In this document: positions 17,794 to 25,481 of the stretch, one piece after another
Layout: each line of letters starts with the position of its first letter
Position numbering within the stretch: the first letter of the stretch is position 1
Origin: Acidobacteriaceae bacterium
GTDB taxonomy: Bacteria > Acidobacteriota > Terriglobia > Terriglobales > Acidobacteriaceae
Direction: 5' to 3'
Assembly: GCA_050746465.1 (NCBI GenBank)
Contig: JBOGMA010000181.1
Location: 1 to 33,540, forward strand
Length of the DNA: 33,540 bases
Made by a program: the position numbers and the translations under genes
Notes under the pieces: generated by a model
The model's database searches: none
Told to the model about the DNA's origin: nothing
Seen by the model: only the letters and a program-made list of their open reading frames with translations

Positions 17794-18671
17794 AACCGCA
17801 AACGCCGTTACCGGCCAAAAATCCAGGGGAATATCAAGTTAAGGCATTTCCCACGTGCGCCAATCATCATTGCAAAGGCGGCCGGTTTCACTTGTGGCGC
17901 AAACGAGGGGCCCCGATCGTCGAGGGTGGCTGGCTCTGCACCCCCGCTTGCACCCGCGCCCGCGTCGGAGAGTTGCTCCGTCGCGAACTTGCTGAGGCGG
18001 CCCCGGCAATCCCGCACCGGCACCGCATCCCCATTGGATTGGTGCTCTTGACGCAGGGCTGGATTACGCACGAGCAGCTCAGGCAGGCGCTAAAGGCCCA
18101 ACAAGAGGGCAGCGATTTGCGATTAGGCAAGTGGCTGGTCACCCATCAGGGGCTCGATGAAATGCGCCTGACGCAGGCGCTGGGAATTCAATGGAACTGT
18201 CCGGTATTTCGGTTCGATAGCCGCGTGGATGATCTCGCGGCTATGGCCGTCCCGCGCCTTTTGTCAGAGACCTTCGGCTTCGTCCCACTACGCCTCACTC
18301 GTTCCGGTATTTTGTACCTGGCCTTTGAAGATCGCATCGATCATAGCGTCGTACTGGCGATCGAACGTATCACCAAACTTCGGGTCGAGAGCGGATTGCT
18401 GAGTGAAACCGATTTTCTTCAAGCGCGGGAGCGCGTTCTGCAAGCCCATTTTCCACGCACGCGATTGATCGAGGCAGGGAACCATGATCTGCTCGCGGAT
18501 GCGTTTGCGAAGCATATCGAGGGATGCAAACCGGTCCAGTCAAGGCTGGTTCGGATCCGCGACCTCTTTTGGTTGAGGATGTGGACCCGCACGGAAAGTC
18601 GAGCTTGGTCGCAACTTGACGAAGTGGAAGACGTAGTTGGCTCTGTAGTCCGTTTTAGCGAAGAGGGATGA
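17781..18671 (+). CDS. Hypothetical protein with Cys4 module plus MshEN/T2SSE_N-like domain, no ATPase
   Basis: CANHHC-x21-CTPAC; tandem motifs PIGLVLLTQGWITHEQLRQALKAQ and RLGKWLVTHQGLDEMRLTQALGIQ; then VP...VPL...LYLAFEDRID...IERITKLRV, GspE/PilB N-domain-like. GGAG SD at 17769 favours ATG 17781 over 17763. Confidence 0.8.
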   Translation: MPVLEPQTPLPAKNPGEYQVKAFPTCANHHCKGGRFHLWRKRGAPIVEGGWLCTPACTRARVGELLRRELAEAAPAIPHRHRIPIGLVLLTQGWITHEQLRQALKAQQEGSDLRLGKWLVTHQGLDEMRLTQALGIQWNCPVFRFDSRVDDLAAMAVPRLLSETFGFVPLRLTRSGILYLAFEDRIDHSVVLAIERITKLRVESGLLSETDFLQARERVLQAHFPRTRLIEAGNHDLLADAFAKHIEGCKPVQSRLVRIRDLFWLRMWTRTESRAWSQLDEVEDVVGSVVRFSEEG

Positions 18672-18975
18672 CACAGAAACGAATGCGGATTGGAGCCAGA
18701 GTGCGGGGCTAATGCGGCCCGCCAAACCCCTTTCGAAGCCTACTTTGTCGCGAGCCGGCAAGGATGAGGCGAGGAAGAATCTGAAGCTGGATACTAGTTG
18801 TCGTTCTGATTCCCGACGGCGGCTCGGTGATGCGCGAGGTTATTGAGCGCGGGGTGACTACCGCTTCGCATCGTGCTGCTTCTCTTTAACCCTGGGGAGT
18901 GCGGATCCATGCGGCAGCCTCGATTTCGGAATGCATCCGGCTTATTAGCTTCTGCTAATCTTCCAGTTTCATCTT

Positions 18976-18991
18976 TGGACAGTCTCTTGCT
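18976..18991 (+). promoter_or_regulatory. Putative sigma54 -24/-12 promoter for flgFGAHIJ
   Basis: TGGACAGTCTCTTGCT: GG(18977-8)-N10-GC(18989-90) with a consensus TTGCT -12 box, 30 nt before flgF. Confidence 0.65.
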
Positions 18992-19021
18992 CCTTCAATC
19001 GCCAGATGGAGGCGGAAACAA

Positions 19022-19759
19022 GTGAGTAGCGGATTCTACGCGGCATTTTCCGGCTGGCTGGCGCGCTCTGAGTCACTAGACTCGGCGGCAAGCAATCTGG
19101 CCAATGCGGGGACGCAGGGCTTTCGCGCCGAACGTGAATATTTTAGATCGGCCCTTATGGGCCCGGGTGTGCTTGGCGATCAGCTCGACAGCACGGTCAA
19201 TAATTTCGGAGTACTGGGCGGCAATCAGATTGATCTTGGCCAGGGGCCTCTTACGACGACTGGGAATCCTCTTGACGTTGCGATTGAAGGCCAGGGCTTT
19301 TTCGCCGTCCAGGCGAAGAATGGCATCCGGTACACCCGCGACGGAAGTTTCCAGCGCAGTCGTGATGGAAGGCTCATTACTGCTCAAGGCGAACCCGTCC
19401 TGGATGCAAAGAACAAGCCCATTCACATTCCTTCGGGGAACATCTCCATAGGTTCTGACGGCGTCATTTCGGCCGGCGGCGCGGTTGCCGGCAGCATTAG
19501 CGTCTTCACGTTTCCCTCGGCGAACTCCATCGTCCCCGAGGGCGCGAATCGCTTTGCACCGGCCCAAGGGGTGAAGGCGCAGATTTCAACGAGCGCTTCC
19601 TTGCACCAAGGAGCGCTCGAAGGCTCGAATCAGGATGTTATTCAGGGCTCGATGGACCTGATCCTTGCACAGCGACAGGCGGAGATGATGCAGAGAGCCC
19701 TGGTTCTGTTTGATAACGATCTTGATAAGACGGCCTGCGAGCAATTGCCCAAGGTCTAG
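19022..19759 (+). CDS. flgF: Flagellar basal-body rod protein FlgF
   Basis: ASNLANAGTQGFRAE, TGNPLDVAIEGQGFF, YTRDGSF, GALEGSN; GGAGG SD; immediately before flgG. Confidence 0.9.
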   Translation: MSSGFYAAFSGWLARSESLDSAASNLANAGTQGFRAEREYFRSALMGPGVLGDQLDSTVNNFGVLGGNQIDLGQGPLTTTGNPLDVAIEGQGFFAVQAKNGIRYTRDGSFQRSRDGRLITAQGEPVLDAKNKPIHIPSGNISIGSDGVISAGGAVAGSISVFTFPSANSIVPEGANRFAPAQGVKAQISTSASLHQGALEGSNQDVIQGSMDLILAQRQAEMMQRALVLFDNDLDKTACEQLPKV

Positions 19760-19783
19760 ATAAATTTTCAGGAGAAAACACCG

Positions 19784-20572
19784 ATGATCCGAGCTCTCTA
19801 CACGGCAGCCAGCGGCATGAGCGCCCAGCAGGCCAACCTCGACACGATAGCAAACAATCTTGCCAACTCTTCAACCGTTGGTTTTCGTCAGCGCGTGTTG
19901 CAGTTTCAGGACATGATCTATCAAAATCTGGTCACTCCGGGCGCGGCGGAAAGCAACCAGACCGTCTCGGCCGGACTGCAGATTGGCCTCGGCACCAAGT
20001 CTGCCGCCAGCGAAATCATTATGACGCAAGGCGACCTGAATCAAACCAAGAACCCGACCGACATCGCGATTCAGGGCGATGGACTTTTTCAGGTGCAGCG
20101 GCCGGATGGAACCGTCGCATATACGCGAGCTGGAAATTTCTATCGCAACAATGAGGGAACGCTGGTAGATACGCAGGGGGATCAATTGATCCCTGCTATT
20201 ACCATACCGCCGAATGCGACGGACGTGACGATCACACAGTATGGCGTGGTGAATGCCACGTTGCCCGGCCAGCAAAACCCGCAGCAGCTTGGTCAAATTC
20301 AGCTGGCTACTTTTGCCAATCCCGGCGGTCTCAACAGCATGGGCTCAAATCTTTACAGCGCGACACTTTCGTCCGGAGACGCCGTCCTGGGCAACCCTGG
20401 GGGACCTGAAGGCCTGGGCACTCTGCAGCAAGGCTACCTTGAAAATTCGAATGTGGATGTGGTCGGCGCGTTTGTACAGATGGTGCTTGCGCAGCGAGCT
20501 TATGAGAGCAACTCCAAGGTCATTACCGCAGCCAATGAAATGTACAGCGAAGTTAACAACATGGTGAAATAG
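19784..20572 (+). CDS. flgG: Flagellar distal rod protein FlgG
   Basis: MIRALYTAASGMSAQQ, FQDMIYQ, GLQIGLG, LENSNVDVV...QRAYESNSKVI; 262 aa. Confidence 0.97.
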   Translation: MIRALYTAASGMSAQQANLDTIANNLANSSTVGFRQRVLQFQDMIYQNLVTPGAAESNQTVSAGLQIGLGTKSAASEIIMTQGDLNQTKNPTDIAIQGDGLFQVQRPDGTVAYTRAGNFYRNNEGTLVDTQGDQLIPAITIPPNATDVTITQYGVVNATLPGQQNPQQLGQIQLATFANPGGLNSMGSNLYSATLSSGDAVLGNPGGPEGLGTLQQGYLENSNVDVVGAFVQMVLAQRAYESNSKVITAANEMYSEVNNMVK

Positions 20573-20573
20573 C

Positions 20574-21086
20574 GTGCGCACACTCGTCCTACTGATCGTG
20601 ATCGCCGTCCTCCCCGGTTTCGCCGCAGGCGCCTCAACGTGCGCAGCTTCCGGCGGGCCAAATACGTCGCAGGCGCGATGGAAAGTCGATCACTACATCT
20701 ACGATGCATCGCTGCATCGCGACTGGGAAGTGCTGGTTGATTGTGAGCATCCCGACGCTCCCGCCCGCATGGAACTTGTTCCTTTCAGGAAACAAACCGA
20801 CCCTGAGCAATCGTCCGGCGTGACCCACGGGTTAACTTCCCAAGACATGAATGCCGGCCGTTCATCTCAGGTTTCCATCAAAGCTGGAGAGGTGGTCGAA
20901 GTGGCGAGCGCCGCGAACTCCCTCACCAGCATTTCCATGCGTGGAGTTGCAATGCAGACGGCGTTTTTTGGCCAGAGAATACGCATTCGCCTGAGCGTCG
21001 GCGGACATTTTGTATATGGCATCGTCCGTGGGTCGCACTCAGTGCAGCTTGCCGCGGCTGCGATGCCCGGGTGGAGAAAGCCGTGA
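20574..21086 (+). CDS. flgA: FlgA-like P-ring assembly chaperone (short, divergent)
   Basis: Signal peptide; C-terminal IKAGEVVEV...ISMRGVAMQTAFFGQRIRIR...GIV matches the FlgA C-terminal pattern; sits between flgG and flgH. Confidence 0.72.
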   Translation: MRTLVLLIVIAVLPGFAAGASTCAASGGPNTSQARWKVDHYIYDASLHRDWEVLVDCEHPDAPARMELVPFRKQTDPEQSSGVTHGLTSQDMNAGRSSQVSIKAGEVVEVASAANSLTSISMRGVAMQTAFFGQRIRIRLSVGGHFVYGIVRGSHSVQLAAAAMPGWRKP

Positions 21087-21796
21087 AAATTGCCTCAAAA
21101 CTGCTCGTCTGTTCGCTGATCGGCCTGTTTGCTGTGATTCCAGCCATGGCAAAAAAGCGCTCCAGCCACGAAGCCACCAGTCCTCCCGATGCGGCCCTGA
21201 AGGCATACATCGCGCGAGTGCGCGCGGAAAATGCGGCGGAGGTACGGACGCCGGGCTCAATCTGGATTGATGATGGCCTGCTCACGCGCCTGAGCACGGA
21301 TGTAAAGGCAACGCACGTACATGATCCAATTTCCGTGGTTGTGGTTGAGGCCCTTTCCGCTTCAACCGACGGTACGGTGAAAAACTCGCGCAGTTCGAAT
21401 GCCAGTTCTCAGGTTTCGGCGCTTGCGGGAAAAATAAGCGCCAGCAACGCTCTTAATAGCCTGCTTAACCAGGCTTCCAGTTCCGGGCTGAACGCTCAAG
21501 GGCAAAGCGTGACCGATTCAAGCCTGACTACCACGCTGGGCGGCGAGGTCGAGGACGTGCTGCCCAACGGCATGCTGGTGATTCAAGCAGTGCGTCAGGT
21601 TTCGTTCAATCAGCAGACGGAATTGATCCGCCTCCGTGGTCTGGTCCGCCCCGCAGACGTTAATGCGCAAAACCAGGTGCTTTCAACCAATATCGCCAAT
21701 CTCGAACTGGAGGTTGTTGGTAAAGGCATCATCAACGATTACACCTATCGCCAAAACGCGGTGGTTCGCTTCCTCGAAAAGATACTGATTTTTTAA
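21083..21796 (+). CDS. flgH: Flagellar L-ring protein FlgH
   Basis: DVKATHVHDPISVVVVE, VEDVLPNGMLVIQ, LRGLVRPADVNAQNQVLST; GTG 21083 overlaps the flgA stop (GTGA) and has a GGAG SD. Confidence 0.94.
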   Translation: MKIASKLLVCSLIGLFAVIPAMAKKRSSHEATSPPDAALKAYIARVRAENAAEVRTPGSIWIDDGLLTRLSTDVKATHVHDPISVVVVEALSASTDGTVKNSRSSNASSQVSALAGKISASNALNSLLNQASSSGLNAQGQSVTDSSLTTTLGGEVEDVLPNGMLVIQAVRQVSFNQQTELIRLRGLVRPADVNAQNQVLSTNIANLELEVVGKGIINDYTYRQNAVVRFLEKILIF

Positions 21797-21806
21797 AGGA
21801 ATTGCC

Positions 21807-22934
21807 GTGCTTCGATCGCTTTCCAGTTTCGCCTGTTTCGCAGCTCTCTCCGTTGCGCTCCCATTGTGGGCCGATGTTACGCCACCCTCACAGCTTGCCC
21901 GCATCAAGGATGTGGCGACGGTGGAAGGGATCCGGGACAACCAGCTTGTTGGATATGGCATTGTCGTCGGCCTGCATGGTACGGGAGATAGCCAGCAGAC
22001 AATATTTCCGTATCAGACACTGGTTTCAACGCTGGAGCGCATGGGAGTGGACCTGCCCAAGGGCCAGGCTACCTCTTCGCTTCAGGTGCGGAATATGGCC
22101 GCCGTGTTCATTGCCGCGACATTGCCTCCTTTTGCCCAGCCAGGGAACAAGATTGACGTCATCGTCTCGTCCGCGGGCGATGCTCGCAGCCTGGAAGGCG
22201 GGCTCTTACTGATGACGCCGCTCTATGGCCCCGACGGACAGATATACGCGCAGGCACAGGGTCCACTCGTGCTTGGCGGCTATTCGGTCCAGGCCAACGG
22301 CAGCAGTAAGTCAGTCAATCACCCCACAACAGGACGCGTTCCTTCAGGCGGCATCGTTGAACGTTCCGTTCCGCTTGACCTCGATCACATGCGCAAGCTG
22401 TCGATCCTGCTCAACGACCCTGATTTCCGGACCGCCGAAGTGGTGGCATCTTCAATCAACAAAACTCTGGGGCGCGACGCGGCGCATGCCGTCGACAGTC
22501 GCCGCATCGAAATCAGCGCGCTGCCGAGTGACGATATTCCCGATCTCCTGGCACGGGTCGAATCCATCGAAGTTCAGGTGTATCCGCGCGCCAGGGTAGT
22601 GGTAAACGAGCGCACGGGAACGATCGTTATCGGCGGCGAAGTTCGGCTGCAGCCGGTTTCGATTCTTCATGGAGGCCTGGTTGTGAATGTGACCAGCCGC
22701 ACCGAGGTTTCGCAGCCCGGCGCCTTTTCCACGGGAACCACCCAGGTAGTGCGGCAGACTACGATTCAGGCGCAGGACAAGCCGGCCAACCGGATCGAAT
22801 TGCGCGAGGGAGCTACGGTGGATGATCTGGTGCAGAGCCTGCAGCAGATCGGGGCTACGGCGCGGGACATTATCTCGATTCTTCAGGCCATGAAAGAGGC
22901 CGGAGCGCTTGAAGCAGATCTGGAAGTCATGTAA
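21807..22934 (+). CDS. flgI: Flagellar P-ring protein FlgI
   Basis: RIKDVATVEGIRDNQLVGYGIVVGLHGTGD, GDARSLEGGLLLMTPL, ARVVVNERTGTIVIG. Confidence 0.98.
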   Translation: MLRSLSSFACFAALSVALPLWADVTPPSQLARIKDVATVEGIRDNQLVGYGIVVGLHGTGDSQQTIFPYQTLVSTLERMGVDLPKGQATSSLQVRNMAAVFIAATLPPFAQPGNKIDVIVSSAGDARSLEGGLLLMTPLYGPDGQIYAQAQGPLVLGGYSVQANGSSKSVNHPTTGRVPSGGIVERSVPLDLDHMRKLSILLNDPDFRTAEVVASSINKTLGRDAAHAVDSRRIEISALPSDDIPDLLARVESIEVQVYPRARVVVNERTGTIVIGGEVRLQPVSILHGGLVVNVTSRTEVSQPGAFSTGTTQVVRQTTIQAQDKPANRIELREGATVDDLVQSLQQIGATARDIISILQAMKEAGALEADLEVM

Positions 22935-22980
22935 TACAGTCTCGGCGAAACAGAGCAACAGGCGTTCAGGAGGAGTGCCA

Positions 22981-23319
22981 ATGAATATTCACAGTCTGCA
23001 AAGTACGCTCACAGGAGATGCAGCAATGTCCGCCGACAACCCAAAGCTGAAATCGGCGGCCCATGAATTCGAAGCGAGCCTGATGCAGGAATTACTGAAG
23101 CCTCTTCAGGAAGACCCGCTTTTTGCGTCCGCCAATGGCGATGACTTGGGCGGCGATAACGAGGACCAGGGTAGCTCTGGAGCTCTTATGAGCTTCGGAT
23201 CGGAAGCGATGGCAAAAGCAATCTCAGAACACGGCGGATTTGGAATCGCCACGAAAATACTGGATCATTTTAGGGCAACGCAGAAGTCGACCCCGACCGT
23301 AAACGGCAGTAATATATGA
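22981..23319 (+). CDS. flgJ: FlgJ-like rod-binding protein (no muramidase domain)
   Basis: KLKSAAHEFEASLMQELLKP...AMAKAISEHGGFGIA is the rod-binding domain; AGGAGGAG SD before ATG 22981; 112 aa. Confidence 0.85.
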   Translation: MNIHSLQSTLTGDAAMSADNPKLKSAAHEFEASLMQELLKPLQEDPLFASANGDDLGGDNEDQGSSGALMSFGSEAMAKAISEHGGFGIATKILDHFRATQKSTPTVNGSNI

Positions 23320-23351
23320 AAATTCTCTAAGTTTCGCATCGATGCAGAAAC

Positions 23352-23378
23352 TAAAGTGTTTAACTATTCTGCCGATGG
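23352..23378 (+). promoter_or_regulatory. Sigma28 (FliA) promoter for flgM-(flgN)-flgK-flgL
   Basis: TAAA(23352-5)-N15-GCCGATGG(23371-8) against consensus TAAA-N15-GCCGATAA; GAGGAG SD at 23387-92. Confidence 0.9.
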
Positions 23379-23402
23379 ATTCAAGTGAGGAGACGGTAAC
23401 GC

Positions 23403-23693
23403 ATGAACGTTCGCAATGATATTCAACCGGTCCAGCCTCTTGATCGAGACATCCAGGTTTCACAAACGACAAAGCGGGCAAATAATTCCAGCGAATCGCC
23501 GCTGCCGGCTGGGGGCGATCAGGCCCACCTAAGCAGTGCGGCCTCGCTCGCTTTCCAGACGGCGTCCTTATCGGACGTGCGGACGGAAAAGGTGCAGGCA
23601 ATCCAAGTAGCGATTGACAAAGGCAGCTATGGCGTCAGCTCGGCGAAAGTCGCGCACTCGCTCATGGATCACATGCTCGGTAACAAGGGATAG
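23403..23693 (+). CDS. flgM: Anti-sigma-28 factor FlgM
   Basis: DQAHLSSAA...DVRTEKVQAIQVAIDKGSYGVSSAKVAHSLM is the FlgM C-terminal signature; 96 aa. Confidence 0.93.
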   Translation: MNVRNDIQPVQPLDRDIQVSQTTKRANNSSESPLPAGGDQAHLSSAASLAFQTASLSDVRTEKVQAIQVAIDKGSYGVSSAKVAHSLMDHMLGNKG

Positions 23694-23733
23694 CACGTTT
23701 CATCCACGCATTAGAACCCGGTCAGAGAAAGCC

Positions 23734-23991
23734 ATGGATAGAAAGACACAAATACCAGCGGACCAACTTCTGGAAGAGGCCATTACTGCACTCGTGACTG
23801 TGGATGCCGCGGCGCTCAGCCGACTTGCGGATTCAGTATCCAATGCGGCAATGCCGATCAGTCAAAACGGCTATAGGCAGAATCGCGATGTATTCGTCGC
23901 CCTGCTGGACGCAACCGGACGCAATCTGCGCCTGTTGCGCCGCGCTACCGAGCAGCAATTGGGCGGCGCATACACGCCGAATCTTTGCTGA
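23734..23991 (+). CDS. Small helical protein in the flgN position (possible reduced FlgN chaperone)
   Basis: 85 aa from ATG 23734, between flgM and flgK; helical, ending ..GGAYTP like the FlgN C-terminal tyrosine motif. Assignment rests mainly on synteny. Confidence 0.55.
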   Translation: MDRKTQIPADQLLEEAITALVTVDAAALSRLADSVSNAAMPISQNGYRQNRDVFVALLDATGRNLRLLRRATEQQLGGAYTPNLC

Positions 23992-24014
23992 AGAACCGAA
24001 GCTGAAGAACTGAA
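23987..24014 (+). repeat. 2 x 14-bp near-perfect tandem repeat spanning the stop of the flgN-like gene
   Basis: gctgaagaaccgaa (23987-24000) and gctgaagaactgaa (24001-24014); one mismatch. Confidence 0.85.
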
Positions 24015-24026
24015 AAGGATCAGCCC

Positions 24027-25451
24027 ATGGCAACTCTCAACACAGCTTTCCATATCGCGACCGGAGCGCTCGACGCCGACCAGGCGGCGCTCAATGTGGT
24101 TTCAAATAATGTCGCCAATGCCAACACTCCGGGCTATACGCGCCAAGTCGCCAATTTTAACGAGAATGATCCCGTAACCATAGGGGGCCAGAGCTACGGC
24201 ATGGGCGCAACGATGACGGGAGGTGTCTCGCAGCGCAGCCTGGTACTTGAGCAGGCGCTTCAGCAGCAAGGGCAGGTGGCCAGCGCGTCCGGCGCGAGAT
24301 TGGGTGCGCTGCAGCAGGTGGAAGACATTTTCAGCCAGATGGCGACTGCGGCCTCGGGCAGTTCGAACGCCGCTGATAACGGTATTGGACAGGACCTGTC
24401 GAGTTTTTTTGATTCGCTCTCCTCGCTGGAATCGAGTCCTGCGGACACGGCGCTGAGGCAGCAGGTTCTGAGCAGCGCTACCAGCCTCACCAGCGACTTT
24501 CGGGCAGTATCTTCGCAGCTTTCGGCGCAGCAGAGTTCGCTCGACCAGCAGACCGGCAGCCTCATCACTCAGGTTAATGCGCTTACGGAATCGCTGGCGA
24601 AACTCAATCAGCAGATTCAATCGGCCAGTCCGAATTCTGACGCGGGAACGCTGGAGGACCAGCGCCAGCAGGATATTGAGCAATTGTCGCAGTTGATCGG
24701 CATCCACCAAATCAGAGCCGACAACAACGGACTTGAAATCACAACATCGAGTGGAGCCCTGCTGGTAGCCGGGAATCAGTCGTTTTCTATCTCAAGCGCG
24801 CCGGTGAGCGGGTCGCTTCACATCTTTGATTCGGAAGGGAATGACATCACGTCCAGCCTCAGTTCCGGAGGCGGACAGATGGGCGGACTGCTTACGGTTC
24901 GTGATCAGGATATTCCTCAGATGCAGACTGCTCTCGATACTCTGGCTTACAACTTCGCCACCGCGGTAAACGGCCAGAACGAAGCTGGCTCTGATATCAA
25001 CGGCAATCCCGGCGCGGCTGTTTTTAACCTGCCTGGAAGCGCAGCCGGAGCGGCAGCGACAATTTCTGTTGCAATTACGGATCCCTCGCAAATTGCGGCG
25101 GCAGCCGTCGGAGCTGGATCTTCTGATGATACGAATCTCCTGGCGATGGCCGGACTTCAAAGTCAGGCGATTGTCGGTGGGGAGACGCCGTCCAGCTATT
25201 ATTCAGACTTCGTAACTACCGTCGGAAGCCTGGTTTCCGGAGTATCCAGTCAAAATGCGGCGCAGCGGGCTGCGGTTTCGCAACTGCAGAACCAGATTGG
25301 ATCACTTTCCTCGGTCAACCTGAATGAAGAGGCGGCATCGCTTGAGACATTCGAGCAGGCGTACCAGTCGGCATCCAAACTCTTCACCATTCTCGATCAC
25401 GTAATGGCGGCCGCGCTCAACCTGGGTGTGGAAACGGCCTACGCCGGTTAG
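24027..25451 (+). CDS. flgK: Flagellar hook-associated protein FlgK
   Basis: ALNVVSNNVANANTPGYTRQ, LEDQRQQDIEQLSQL, SSVNLNEEAASLETFEQAYQSASK. Confidence 0.96.
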   Translation: MATLNTAFHIATGALDADQAALNVVSNNVANANTPGYTRQVANFNENDPVTIGGQSYGMGATMTGGVSQRSLVLEQALQQQGQVASASGARLGALQQVEDIFSQMATAASGSSNAADNGIGQDLSSFFDSLSSLESSPADTALRQQVLSSATSLTSDFRAVSSQLSAQQSSLDQQTGSLITQVNALTESLAKLNQQIQSASPNSDAGTLEDQRQQDIEQLSQLIGIHQIRADNNGLEITTSSGALLVAGNQSFSISSAPVSGSLHIFDSEGNDITSSLSSGGGQMGGLLTVRDQDIPQMQTALDTLAYNFATAVNGQNEAGSDINGNPGAAVFNLPGSAAGAAATISVAITDPSQIAAAAVGAGSSDDTNLLAMAGLQSQAIVGGETPSSYYSDFVTTVGSLVSGVSSQNAAQRAAVSQLQNQIGSLSSVNLNEEAASLETFEQAYQSASKLFTILDHVMAAALNLGVETAYAG

Positions 25452-25481
25452 CGGTTTACAAGGGTAAACAGGAAGGAAATC

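Noticed and set aside
18700..18870. Possible c-di-GMP-I riboswitch (gccaaacc...ttcgaa; GAAA loop on the minus strand)
   Set aside because: The GGCAAAC-P2-GNRA-GACGCAAAGC core and tetraloop receptor cannot be assembled on either strand. An Rfam scan would settle it.
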